Made by a program: the position numbers and the translations under genes. From IMG/VR virus record IMGVR_UViG_3300042922_000549, positions 1 through 53,047 of that record: a stretch of 53,047 nucleotides of DNA; one strand, given 5' to 3'. A model generated the notes under the pieces. That model was not told the DNA's origin, searched no databases, and saw only the letters and a list, made by a program, of their open reading frames with translations. Positions 25,462-35,368 of the stretch are shown here, piece after piece. The DNA is from a virus. Its lineage: Duplodnaviria > Caudoviricetes. Within the stretch, counting starts at the first letter, position 1. Each line of letters opens with the position of its first letter.

Positions 25462-27705
25462 TTACAATGGTTTTGGTAGCTCTGTTATGAACTTCTCATA
25501 TCCTGCACTAGACTTAATTAAGTTCAAACTATGATATCTTTTTAAATTAAGCAAATCCTGCAATTCAAATGGTTTTAAGTCTTCTTTTAATTCTTCATAA
25601 TTCTTTTTATCTGTACCTTGCAGCAACATATAAGAAGCTCCTGAAGCTTTTAATGCCTCTCTAACTGTATCAATTTGACTTAAATAATGGGCACTGAATA
25701 CTGGTTTTAATTGGAACTTACCAGCTTGAACTAATATACTATTCAATAAATATTCTGCTGTAGGGGCTTGGAATATCTCATCAAATATTACATGACATCT
25801 AAGTGGGCGTTCTTTAAGCCCTCCTCTTAATTGGCAAGCTAACCATATTTTACTTACAAAGAAAGTTACTAATATATTTTTATGAGTAGTTGTTGGATAT
25901 TTATTTTCTGGTATCTTAATTAATATAACTTTCCCAGCATCCATCTCTTTCGCAAAATCAATGTTATCCTCCATTCCCTTATTAAACATTATTTTTAGCT
26001 TAATATCTTCCATTAACAAATTAATTCTATCCATTACAAATTCTACTTTTGATGATTTTGAATCTACAACATCTCCATTTTTGTCATATTCATCTATGTC
26101 CTGCAAATTATAAATATCATCTTGCAAATATTCCTTTAATTCATTTGGTATTGCTTTCACAAACTCAGCTCTTTTCCTGTGATTTGTTAAACAATCAACA
26201 ACATCTCTCATACTAACATTCTTATTAATAAATACAATATTTCCAACTGAAGCTAAGCTTCTTCTCATTCTACTTGTCAATGGTATTTCTGGATTAATTG
26301 CATTTAAAAATGATAACATTAATTGTGTTTGCATATTTGCTATTTCTAATTGCTCATAAATATCTTTAACTTTGAAATTGTTAACCTCATTAAAAGCAAA
26401 TGCCTGTCTTTGTTCTGGAACACTCAAATCAATTATAACTAGTTTATCTTTTGGAGTTACTTTTTCTATATCACTTGAAAGCTCACAATTCTTTACAAAG
26501 TCAACAACTATCAAGCACTCACCAACTTTGACTACATTATTACCATAATTTGCAAAAAATGTAGACTTACCAGCTCTTTGTGGACCTAAAACACATAAAC
26601 CTAAATTAGCTAAGTTTTTATCTGCACTCATTGTTGTTTGTATTTTTTGGCCTTTAAATGTAGCTGAGCCTGTATTAATATATCCAGTTTGTAGCTCATC
26701 AGGTATTGTTATCTCTAAAGTGTTAGTATGCTCAATTTTATATCTTTCCAATAATTCTCTTCCAGCCAATGCTATAAAATTTCCACACTCCTTTACACTC
26801 ATTTTGTTTATGTCAGTTCCAATATTAAACTTATTAAAATCAAATTTCTTAAAAGCTTTATCTTTTAAATAATTATCATTATCAATTGACTTAAAACTGT
26901 TACTTACTGATTTAATATTATTTAAAGCATCTAATCGTCTTACACTCTCACTCATTAAAGCTATTTGAGTATTTAAAATAGATTCAGAGGCCTTCAAACG
27001 TGTCAAATTTGAAAGTTCTTTGTTATTTAATATATTTATACCATTCTTAACATTATATAAATTCACGAGGTTATAAAGTTCATTAAAAGCAGCTTTGAAT
27101 ATGTACATAAAATTTACTTTATTCTTATCAATAGGAACTCCCTGCTCATACTTTGTAATTGTATTTTTATAAGTAGCACGCCATGTATATTGATTAACAG
27201 GCATGAAATTGTAAAATATTCCAATTTTGTCATCTTCTGATAAAATATCAATTATGTTTAGATTGTTACTTATTAATTCATTATCTCTTCGGTCAATTTC
27301 TAAGCTAAGGGCATCTTCTTTACTATAAGTTAATTGCTTATAAATTGCTTTGTCTGTAAATTCTGGAATTTTATTAACTTCCAATATTGTGGCACTATCC
27401 CATACCCTCATTATAGATTCAATTAGTACACTCTTTTGCTTTTTATCTAGCACAAAATAAAATTCTACAGCTCTTTTTGTGATATAAATAAAAAATCCTG
27501 TTTTTGCTGGTAATTCAAATTTGACATCCTGTGGAAGTTCAAAACTGAATATCTCTTTATAATTTGAAAGTATTAGTCTATTTAAAATTGGCTTATACAT
27601 ACTTTGAATAGCTTGAGCAATTTTGTATGTATCATTATTTCTTATCGAAGTTGCTGGCACTATTTTTAAATATATGTATTCTGGCTTAATAAGCTCAAAA
27701 TTCAT
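25462..27705 (-). CDS. VirB4/VirD4/HerA-FtsK superfamily P-loop ATPase
   Basis: Walker A GPQRAGKST, IVVDF, Walker B VIFDEIFQ, SAHYLSQ, ASYMLL. Confidence 0.8.
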   Translation of the reverse strand: MNFELIKPEYIYLKIVPATSIRNNDTYKIAQAIQSMYKPILNRLILSNYKEIFSFELPQDVKFELPAKTGFFIYITKRAVEFYFVLDKKQKSVLIESIMRVWDSATILEVNKIPEFTDKAIYKQLTYSKEDALSLEIDRRDNELISNNLNIIDILSEDDKIGIFYNFMPVNQYTWRATYKNTITKYEQGVPIDKNKVNFMYIFKAAFNELYNLVNLYNVKNGINILNNKELSNLTRLKASESILNTQIALMSESVRRLDALNNIKSVSNSFKSIDNDNYLKDKAFKKFDFNKFNIGTDINKMSVKECGNFIALAGRELLERYKIEHTNTLEITIPDELQTGYINTGSATFKGQKIQTTMSADKNLANLGLCVLGPQRAGKSTFFANYGNNVVKVGECLIVVDFVKNCELSSDIEKVTPKDKLVIIDLSVPEQRQAFAFNEVNNFKVKDIYEQLEIANMQTQLMLSFLNAINPEIPLTSRMRRSLASVGNIVFINKNVSMRDVVDCLTNHRKRAEFVKAIPNELKEYLQDDIYNLQDIDEYDKNGDVVDSKSSKVEFVMDRINLLMEDIKLKIMFNKGMEDNIDFAKEMDAGKVILIKIPENKYPTTTHKNILVTFFVSKIWLACQLRGGLKERPLRCHVIFDEIFQAPTAEYLLNSILVQAGKFQLKPVFSAHYLSQIDTVREALKASGASYMLLQGTDKKNYEELKEDLKPFELQDLLNLKRYHSLNLIKSSAGYEKFITELPKPL

Positions 27706-27718
27706 TTCCCATCCCCCT

Positions 27719-27910
27719 TTAAATACTTAGTAAAAACCCATATATAATTATTGATAGCCAAATATACTTCTTTGTATCAAATCCAATAACTGCTAAAACT
27801 ATACTAATCATACAAGCATATAAACAAATTATATATCCTGAATTTTTTAAAAAATTATATACCTCTACTAAAAAATTCCAAGCATCAACTAATCCTCCCA
27901 TTATTATCAC
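27719..27910 (-). CDS. small two-TM membrane protein
   Basis: 63 aa, two hydrophobic segments. Confidence 0.7.
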   Translation of the reverse strand: MIIMGGLVDAWNFLVEVYNFLKNSGYIICLYACMISIVLAVIGFDTKKYIWLSIIIYGFLLSI

Positions 27911-28260
27911 CTACCAAATATATTTTGTATTTCATCAAAAGCTGATGGTAACAAGTAAATACTAGCAAATGCTAGCAAATATCCAATTAAATTCTTTTTA
28001 GCTGTTTGAAAGTCTCCATTTAAGCAAGCCTGAAGAACTTCAAATCCTCCTTTAAAAACTAAAGCAATTTTTACTATTCCATCAGCTAATTTGTAATACA
28101 AGCCCATTCCCGTTTTCTCTGAAATTGCATAAGCTTCAGGTAAATTTAAAAGTACAAGCATTAATAAAAATATTTTTACAAAAACAGGTATATTTTGAAA
28201 GTTCGCTGAATATTTTGAAATGTGATTACATTTCGAAAACTTGGCCATATTATGCTTCAT
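27907..28260 (-). CDS. VirB2/TrbC pilin-like membrane protein
   Basis: Signal-like segment ending EAYA followed by two hydrophobic helices. Confidence 0.5.
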   Translation of the reverse strand: MKHNMAKFSKCNHISKYSANFQNIPVFVKIFLLMLVLLNLPEAYAISEKTGMGLYYKLADGIVKIALVFKGGFEVLQACLNGDFQTAKKNLIGYLLAFASIYLLPSAFDEIQNIFGR

Positions 28261-28453
28261 AGCTACCTCCCCATATTATAGATGTCTCAACTTTCTCTGA
28301 AAGCCTTATCTTCTCAACAATCATCGCATTTTTCAAAATATCTTTGACAAAAGTACTTTTACCACTATGAGAAGTTATCCAAGCTAAAAGTTCCTGCTCC
28401 TCATAATTTTTCTTAAAGCTTACTACTACTATATCTGCTTTCTGCTCTCCCAT
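28250..28453 (-). CDS. small ribbon-helix-helix-like regulator
   Basis: VVVSFKK strand followed by two helices (ELLAWI, STFVKDIL). Confidence 0.45.
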   Translation of the reverse strand: MGEQKADIVVVSFKKNYEEQELLAWITSHSGKSTFVKDILKNAMIVEKIRLSEKVETSIIWGGSYEA

Positions 28454-28464
28454 TTTATATCTCC

Positions 28465-28544
28465 TTTTATAAATTTTTATAACTTATTATAATATATTTT
28501 AAAATTTTAATAATATTACTAAAATAATATAAAAATTTATAAAA
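28465..28544. repeat. 17-bp perfect inverted repeat, candidate operator
   Basis: TTTTATAAATTTTTATA (28465-28481) / TATAAAAATTTATAAAA (28528-28544); very AT-rich, so significance is modest. Confidence 0.45.
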
Positions 28545-28555
28545 TTTGTATAAAA

Positions 28556-28577
28556 TAAAAAAGGGGCTTATCGCCCC
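28556..28577 (-). terminator. intrinsic terminator after the lysis genes
   Basis: GGGGC-GATAA-GCCCC followed by a T tract. Confidence 0.75.
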
Positions 28578-28602
28578 TACCACCATTAAGTGGCATTCAT
28601 AG

Positions 28603-29196
28603 CTAAGGCAACATTGCTTTAGCCAAATCAACTTTTAAATTATCACGCCATATGTAGCTATTTAAAAAATTAACTGATACTTCTTCTAAATGCGCCTGCC
28701 TAGCTATAATTTCCATTGCATTTTCAGGGGTCACAGATTGGCGTATAAGTAAAGCATTTATATAAGGTAATGGGTTTACACAATACATATAAATATTTTC
28801 ATCTGACGGACATTTAGTCCAGAATATATTGTATTCACCAAGCCTTATCTCAAAATGTAAATGAGGTGCTTCAGAATCTCCTGTATTACCTGTGTAACCT
28901 ATTATTGTTCCTGCTTTTACAAGCTGTCCTTCTTTGACAATATACTCATTCAAATGAGCATACAAAGAATTAAATCCTTTATGCTCTAGAACAACATATT
29001 TTCCATACCCAGTATTTATTTTACCTGCATTTATTTTAGCAACTCTAACATATCCATCTGCTATTACATATACTGGTTTTCCTATAATTGCTCTTAAATC
29101 TATCCCATTATGCCATTTCATGTTTTTATATATCCTTGGGCCAAAATAACTAGTTGTGTAAATATCGTCTAAAGGTAAATGTTCTATTCTTACCAT
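28603..29196 (-). CDS. M23 peptidase endolysin
   Basis: HNGID, YAHL, HLHFE. Confidence 0.9.
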   Translation of the reverse strand: MVRIEHLPLDDIYTTSYFGPRIYKNMKWHNGIDLRAIIGKPVYVIADGYVRVAKINAGKINTGYGKYVVLEHKGFNSLYAHLNEYIVKEGQLVKAGTIIGYTGNTGDSEAPHLHFEIRLGEYNIFWTKCPSDENIYMYCVNPLPYINALLIRQSVTPENAMEIIARQAHLEEVSVNFLNSYIWRDNLKVDLAKAMLP

Positions 29197-29201
29197 AATA
29201 T

Positions 29202-29540
29202 CTACTCCCTTTTATTTGGCTGAACTACGAAAGCTTGATTAATTCCTACTGCTCCGCAAGAAACTAATGTACCTTGAGTTATTGCAACAAATATTGCCAT
29301 AAAAACAATTTGCTTACTTGATAATTGTGTAGTTGCTAACACCCACAATGTTGCCAAAAGTATTCCTATTAAGATTAAAACAAGCGGAATGTATTTGTCT
29401 TTAATAAGAGTTGTACCTTTAAGCACTATTCCAAGAATATACAAAACTGGTATTAAAATAAGCAGTTCTGGTTTTACAAAGTTTATTATTTCCATTTCCA
29501 TTTGTATCATCCTTTCATTGGTATATTTTTTATGTACCAA
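29202..29540 (-). CDS. holin (3 TM)
   Basis: KPELLILIPVLYILG...IKDKYIPL; next to the endolysin. Confidence 0.85.
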   Translation of the reverse strand: MVHKKYTNERMIQMEMEIINFVKPELLILIPVLYILGIVLKGTTLIKDKYIPLVLILIGILLATLWVLATTQLSSKQIVFMAIFVAITQGTLVSCGAVGINQAFVVQPNKRE

Positions 29541-29785
29541 AAGAAAAATCCAACTAGTTCAACAGCAACCATTCCAACTAACCATTTAATAGCTGTCACT
29601 AAAGATTTTATTTGGTCACATAAATTTTCAATTTTAACATCAGAAACACTTTGACTATTTTTTAATGAGCTTATGTTTTCTGCTTGTTTATCAAATAAGT
29701 CATCATGCTCTTTGAGCTTTTTGTCATGTTGTTTTAGCTGTTTATCTATATTCTCATGTTTTAACTTACAAATTTCTGCCTCCAT
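29507..29785 (-). CDS. XhlA-like membrane lysis protein
   Basis: Coiled coil, IENLCDQIKSL, C-terminal TM ending GFFFWYI. Confidence 0.8.
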   Translation of the reverse strand: MEAEICKLKHENIDKQLKQHDKKLKEHDDLFDKQAENISSLKNSQSVSDVKIENLCDQIKSLVTAIKWLVGMVAVELVGFFFWYIKNIPMKG

Positions 29786-29833
29786 AACATTCCTCCTTTA
29801 ATGCATATTAGATATGCTTAATCACCTTCCCCT

Positions 29834-30802
29834 CTATTTAGCAATTAATTTTAATATATTTGCTCCAAAAGCAGCCAATTCAGCTCTTGTTACATTTCTT
29901 TCTGGATTGAAAGTATCATCTCCATCACCAGTTAGTAATCCGGCTTGTATACATTTCATTATAGGATTGTTGAACCAATCAGTTTCCTTTACATCTACAA
30001 AATTTATATTGGGATTTTCCGGCATGTTTTCCTCTCCTTTCCCTTCTCTCATTTTGTCTAAAACCTCAAGCCTATCTGTTAATGGTAATATTGGAATACC
30101 ATGTCCAAAGCTATCATCTTCACCAGCTTGTCCATAGTCTTTAGATATTGATTTTAATATCTCAACACATTCAATTTGATTAAAGTCTCCATATTTTTGC
30201 AATAATAATACTATTTGGCTTGCTAAAGAAGGACTTGACGATGATGTGCCTGAGCCTCTGCCCATAAAAGTTACAAAATCAACTTCATCACCAATTGCAC
30301 TATAATGCATTCTCTTTACTGAGCCATCATCATATACATAACCGGCACCCACAGCTATTGCAGTATCATCCTTAGCCCATATTCCGGTAACTCCATCACT
30401 ACCATCATTACCAGCTGAACATAAAAATATAACACCATACTCTTTTTGCAATCTTTTAAAGTAATCAATTATAGGTTTTGCTATAGTGCCTGAATATGAT
30501 TTTGTTATAACTTTTATATTATATTTTTTTATAGCTTCTTCTAATGATAATTTTTCACCGTTAATGGTAATGTAGTAATACAATACCTTATCATCACTTA
30601 CTCTACCAGAAATTACACCATTTAAAAATTCAACTTCTGGGGCATAATCTTTAATAACATTATTTGTCATTAACATGTGGTCATCATTATTTTCAGCATT
30701 TAATATCACATATCCTTTTCCTTTATATCCTTGTTTATGATATACAGATACATTGGTAAAATCTAATTGTCTTTTTAATATATCTTGAATAGTTGTTGCC
30801 AT
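29834..30802 (-). CDS. S8 subtilisin-like protease with C-terminal SLH domain
   Basis: SAGNDG, IAVGA, GTSSSSP; FVDV...W...GLLTG..DDTFNPERNVTRAE. Confidence 0.85.
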   Translation of the reverse strand: MATTIQDILKRQLDFTNVSVYHKQGYKGKGYVILNAENNDDHMLMTNNVIKDYAPEVEFLNGVISGRVSDDKVLYYYITINGEKLSLEEAIKKYNIKVITKSYSGTIAKPIIDYFKRLQKEYGVIFLCSAGNDGSDGVTGIWAKDDTAIAVGAGYVYDDGSVKRMHYSAIGDEVDFVTFMGRGSGTSSSSPSLASQIVLLLQKYGDFNQIECVEILKSISKDYGQAGEDDSFGHGIPILPLTDRLEVLDKMREGKGEENMPENPNINFVDVKETDWFNNPIMKCIQAGLLTGDGDDTFNPERNVTRAELAAFGANILKLIAK

Positions 30803-30826
30803 TTATTTACCTCCCATTTGAATTTT

Positions 30827-30850
30827 AAAAGGAGCCAAGTGAATGGCCCC
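30827..30850 (-). terminator. intrinsic terminator
   Basis: GGGGCCA/TGGCTCC stem followed by TTTT. Confidence 0.55.
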
Positions 30851-30857
30851 AATTTCA

Positions 30858-31031
30858 TTAAACAGTTACTATACAATCACCATAACCAACTTGGTTAAGT
30901 GTTGCATCAACTTCAGGTTTCCATTTTAAATATAAACTTGTTTGAACAAAATAAGCTCTATACTTTTCTTGGCCTGCTTCTAATGATTTTTCTCTTTCTA
31001 ATATAATTCTTTGTGCAATAAATGTTCCCAT
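30858..31031 (-). CDS. small tail-fibre-associated protein (57 aa, not in ORF track)
   Basis: Manual translation MGTFIAQRII...GYGDCIVTV; AGGAGGT RBS. Confidence 0.7.
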   Translation of the reverse strand: MGTFIAQRIILEREKSLEAGQEKYRAYFVQTSLYLKWKPEVDATLNQVGYGDCIVTV

Positions 31032-31061
31032 ATTATACCTCCTTTCATTTAAAATTTACTA

Positions 31062-31415
31062 TTACATCAAACTCGGTATAACCTCAGACAATAAAATATC
31101 TAAAGTCGATTGAGTTATTGCTAATTGTTCCTCAGTTACAATTAAAAGTCTCTCAGTTGTAGTTAAACGTTCTTCAAATGTTGGAACATGCACTGGTTCA
31201 GGCACTTCTTCAACGGGAAGAATGATTTTAGTCCATGATATTAATTCACCTACTTGATTAAATGTTAATTCTAGAGGCAATTCATTAATTTGTTCATATT
31301 GCTCTTCTGTTATTTCTATTTCATCATCTGATAAATCTATGTAACAAAGACTTTTCCCTATTGCGATACCATCTCTATTTAATAATAAAGTATATTTACC
31401 TATCATTTCATTCAC
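31062..31415 (-). CDS. tail-fibre-associated/chaperone-like protein
   Basis: Position after the fibre gene; PTFEERL coiled-coil end. Confidence 0.6.
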   Translation of the reverse strand: MNEMIGKYTLLLNRDGIAIGKSLCYIDLSDDEIEITEEQYEQINELPLELTFNQVGELISWTKIILPVEEVPEPVHVPTFEERLTTTERLLIVTEEQLAITQSTLDILLSEVIPSLM

Positions 31416-31421
31416 CTCTTC

Positions 31422-32933
31422 CTATCCTTTCTTACGATATATATCTAAATAGGCTATCCCAGTAACTGCGGCTATATATGGCTCTTTGTAAAATGTAAAA
31501 TGTGGTGTGGCAACGGCAACTCCATATACTACTTCTCCAAATATATCAACAATTTTATCAGTGCTAGGGTTTCTTCGAAATATTTTAGCCACAGACACAG
31601 GGGTTGATGGCATTGGGCTACTACTTGAAATTGGTGGCGATTGATAAAATGTATTCCCATCTGTTGTGGTAGTAATAGTACTATTAGGTCGGAGCATTAT
31701 AAAAAAACTATCAGTATTGGAGTTAGAAGAAGTGGCAGAAAATGTACCCCTAACAACTATTTTAAATTCATCATAATCAACAAAATCTGATGCAGGTATA
31801 GCTACAGCCGCCGAACCAAGTGATAAATCTATACTTAATGTCCTAACAAAAGCAAAATTTAAAAGTGCTATCTTATCATCTAAAACTTTACCTTGATTAG
31901 CCGCTAGAGCCACTCCATCAGTGTAAGCCGCTGTTGTAAGATTATTAGCTAATTTAACATGCCCATAATTAGCTGTTGTTCCTACTCCATGTCCTGTTCC
32001 TGTACTTGCATGATTAATAGCGGCTTTTGTACTATCAGTAATTGTGATATTTGCACTACCATTAAAGCTTACTCCATTAATTGTTCTTGCTGTTTGTAGA
32101 GTGGTAGCTGTTAATGCATTCCCAGAGCAAGCTGCTGAAGTTCCTCCATTTGCTGCTGCAGTAATTGTAATATTGGCTGAGCCATTAAATGATACTCCAT
32201 TAATAGTTCTGGATGTTCCCAATATAGCAGCTTTGCCAACAGCAATGGTTCCATTTACTATACCATCTACAGTTTCCCATATATTATCAAAGAAACTTAC
32301 AATCTTCTTCAAAGCCATTTGCACATTCTTATTCTCTGGGACTTCTAATTCTAATTCATAATTAGTAATATTCTCTGAATCTAACATTACATAATCAGCT
32401 TCATATCCAGTTGTTCCTATAAACATATTAGCAAGTCCACAAACATCTTTATTTGGCCTCTCATCAGTTATACTAGCTATAATTGCAGCACCTGCATTTA
32501 CTCTACATTGAGCTAAACTTAATTGATAAATATCTTCTGTTCTAATTAAGTTTTCTGGAACTGGGTTAGCATTTTCAATACCTTTAACAACTTTTAGTAT
32601 AATTGAACGAACTTCTTCAGTTGCATTAAGCTCCATTACAATTCTATCAATTCTATCTAAAGTACCACCGGCATCTAGAGCTAAAGTATCTAAATCGCTA
32701 TCTCTCCAACCTACTCTACCATTAATATGAATAGCTCCAGTTGCAACATTTACAACCAATCCACCACCATTTGTTACTTTTAATTCTGTGTCTATAATAT
32801 TTTGTCCTGATACTATAACACCATTTGTAACAAAACTTTGTAAATACCGAGCAAATTCTTTTGAATTAATAGCTCTATCATAATCCGCTCCAACTAACTT
32901 ACTATCAAATGGCATTGATTTTATATTAATCAT
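31422..32933 (-). CDS. baseplate/tail fibre (receptor-binding) protein
   Basis: RIDRIV...ITDER...CG N-terminal module, RTINGVSFNGSANITI repeats, GHVKL motif. Confidence 0.85.
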   Translation of the reverse strand: MINIKSMPFDSKLVGADYDRAINSKEFARYLQSFVTNGVIVSGQNIIDTELKVTNGGGLVVNVATGAIHINGRVGWRDSDLDTLALDAGGTLDRIDRIVMELNATEEVRSIILKVVKGIENANPVPENLIRTEDIYQLSLAQCRVNAGAAIIASITDERPNKDVCGLANMFIGTTGYEADYVMLDSENITNYELELEVPENKNVQMALKKIVSFFDNIWETVDGIVNGTIAVGKAAILGTSRTINGVSFNGSANITITAAANGGTSAACSGNALTATTLQTARTINGVSFNGSANITITDSTKAAINHASTGTGHGVGTTANYGHVKLANNLTTAAYTDGVALAANQGKVLDDKIALLNFAFVRTLSIDLSLGSAAVAIPASDFVDYDEFKIVVRGTFSATSSNSNTDSFFIMLRPNSTITTTTDGNTFYQSPPISSSSPMPSTPVSVAKIFRRNPSTDKIVDIFGEVVYGVAVATPHFTFYKEPYIAAVTGIAYLDIYRKKG

Positions 32934-32956
32934 TTATATCAACCTCCTTTAATTTA

Positions 32957-34483
32957 CTACATAACTGTCCATACACTCCAAGCAGTTGTTGAAGTACCAA
33001 CTCTCCATTTAATACCACTTGCACCCATACATATTTGAAATGGATATCCACCACTTGAATCTGTCCAAGGAACAAATGTTACTAGAATACAGTAAGTACC
33101 TGTTAAGCCATTACCTAAAGTTATATTACTCTTAAATTCTGGTATTATGGCGGCTCTACCCTTGTAAAGTGTACCACTGCTCATATATTCACTAGGTGGA
33201 GAATTAATACTTCTTGTATCCATTCCTGAAATTGCAGTTGTGGTAGAACCAATATTTATATCTGATTGGCCATCAAACTCAATACCATTAATCATTCTTG
33301 CTGTTGTTAGTTTATCTGCACTACCTGCAGGTATTGTCCCATCTTTTATAGCTTCAATTTCCTTCTTGCTGTCAGATTGAATTTTACCGGATATAATATT
33401 CTCAACATAGTTTTTTAAACTTGCTTTTGTTTCACCTAAGTTTAAATAGATACTATAGCCACTTTTCTTATCCCATACTTGATTAACTTCAACAATTCTT
33501 AAATCTATACTAAAATCTAAGTCTGAGTCAGCGCAAGTAATTACATCACCTAAATCAAAATCTTCTTTGTATTTATAATTGCTATTAAGATTCAAACTAT
33601 TATAAAGCAACTCTTCTTTTATTGCTTTTTTCAAGTAATCAATAGCTGATTGCTGTAATAATTCTGAATAATCTACATCACTTAAAACTGTTCCATCTTC
33701 TAATGTTCTGCTAGTTGAAGTCAAATCAACAAACATCTCTCTACGTTCTAAACTTGAATAATTACCAGTTGAGATACTTGTCTTAAACTCTCCTTCACCT
33801 TTTATATAAATTACATTCTTGTAGTTCTTTATATCTTTCTCATATTCACTTGTAAGTATATTATCAAAGTCTTTACTTAATATAACCGGAGGGTTATCAG
33901 ATTGCCCCTGAGTTAAATTTTTTCCCTTGTATATATTAAATATATAACTCTTAATTTCTAAATTTGTAGCCATTTTAAAGCCTAACTCTGAGGACTGTAA
34001 AACTCTTTCAGTTGTATCTAATAAATTACTATAAACATTCTCATAAGCTATTGGGCCATAATCTGAAGCTGGTTTTGTTCCCATACTTAAACCAATAATT
34101 TTTCTTTCAGGCTCTTCTGGATTTATAGCATTTCTATCAAGAAGTAAACTAACAAATTCAGCTGGTTCAATACTTTGAGAATACACACCTTTCATTATAA
34201 CTCTTTGGTCTAACATTTTTTCAATCATTCTACCACTAACAGTTAAAGTTTTCTTTTTAGCTCTTTCATCTGTACTTACTTTTATTTTTTCTATTTTACC
34301 TAAAAATTCATCATCTTCAGTATTTTGTATTATATTTCCTTCTTGTAAAAGTTTGAAATATTTATTAGTACATACTAATTGGAAGTCTCCAATTGAATTG
34401 TATCTTGTATTCCATACTAAACTATCAAAAGCATCTAACACTTTTATTAATTCTAAGTCACTATTTAAAATTTTAACATCCAT
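32957..34483 (-). CDS. siphovirus Gp37-like tail hub (Tal) protein with C-terminal extension
   Basis: SLVW..RY..IGDFQL, GEGE, ERREMFVD, YKEDFDLGD. Confidence 0.85.
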   Translation of the reverse strand: MDVKILNSDLELIKVLDAFDSLVWNTRYNSIGDFQLVCTNKYFKLLQEGNIIQNTEDDEFLGKIEKIKVSTDERAKKKTLTVSGRMIEKMLDQRVIMKGVYSQSIEPAEFVSLLLDRNAINPEEPERKIIGLSMGTKPASDYGPIAYENVYSNLLDTTERVLQSSELGFKMATNLEIKSYIFNIYKGKNLTQGQSDNPPVILSKDFDNILTSEYEKDIKNYKNVIYIKGEGEFKTSISTGNYSSLERREMFVDLTSTSRTLEDGTVLSDVDYSELLQQSAIDYLKKAIKEELLYNSLNLNSNYKYKEDFDLGDVITCADSDLDFSIDLRIVEVNQVWDKKSGYSIYLNLGETKASLKNYVENIISGKIQSDSKKEIEAIKDGTIPAGSADKLTTARMINGIEFDGQSDINIGSTTTAISGMDTRSINSPPSEYMSSGTLYKGRAAIIPEFKSNITLGNGLTGTYCILVTFVPWTDSSGGYPFQICMGASGIKWRVGTSTTAWSVWTVM

Positions 34484-35355
34484 TAGTCTTGCACCTCCAA
34501 GAAACGAGGAGCATATTCAATTCCAACCTCCATGTTTCCTCCATTCTCATCAGCATTCAAATCTAAATGATTAACACCAGCATCTAAACTAAACATTTTT
34601 GATTCCCTTGTAAGTTTACCAATTATGTTTGAAGTAACACCTGCTCTTGTAAGTTCTATATATTTATTTCCACTTAAAGTTGATATTTTTACAATATCAC
34701 CTGAAATTAATGGCATATTTAATTTTATTATTTTACCCGTATCTTCATTTAACAAGTATGGATTGGTAACATCTCCAGTAGCTGTAATAGTTATTATAAA
34801 TCCAGTTTGAACATCTCCTATATTTTCCATATTATTAATTGATTGGTTTGGGTATAAGCCAAAAATTATATTATTTGATATAAAATTTATTGGGAAGCTA
34901 AACTTTTTAATTATTGCTGTGATTGTGCTAACTGTTTCTCCTTTAAGCATAAATAAAGGCTGAGGAGCTTTAAAATTTAAAATAAATTTGCACATTTTAT
35001 CATTATTTTCCTGATATCTTGTACCATACTTAATTGTTCTTTCTGCTTTCATATTAAGTACATAATCACCATAAATAAGTTTCATTTGATTTTGAGGATT
35101 TATTAATTTATTTAATACATTCTTTCTTTCTGTTATTTGCTGCTGATTTTGTCCTAGAATCCATCCAACAATTGATACATATCTTGGCTCTAAAAATGTT
35201 TCTGTTATTTCCTCGCCAATTGTATCAACTAAAGGAGCTGTACTATGTCTTGCTTCAACAGCTCCCCAATCTACACTTTCCAATACAAAACTCATACTTT
35301 CCTCAGAAAGTACAAGTTCTGAATTTATTCTACTATTAACTAAAGTAATTTGCAT
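34483..35355 (-). CDS. distal tail protein (Dit)
   Basis: Position after the tape measure gene; NIGDVQTG...G.VTNP...L.AGVN motifs. Confidence 0.8.
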   Translation of the reverse strand: MQITLVNSRINSELVLSEESMSFVLESVDWGAVEARHSTAPLVDTIGEEITETFLEPRYVSIVGWILGQNQQQITERKNVLNKLINPQNQMKLIYGDYVLNMKAERTIKYGTRYQENNDKMCKFILNFKAPQPLFMLKGETVSTITAIIKKFSFPINFISNNIIFGLYPNQSINNMENIGDVQTGFIITITATGDVTNPYLLNEDTGKIIKLNMPLISGDIVKISTLSGNKYIELTRAGVTSNIIGKLTRESKMFSLDAGVNHLDLNADENGGNMEVGIEYAPRFLEVQD

Positions 35356-35368
35356 AGCTTGTACCTCC

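Noticed and set aside
31422-32933. Diversity-generating retroelement targeting the tail fibre
   Set aside because: No reverse transcriptase and no TR/VR repeat pair differing at adenines
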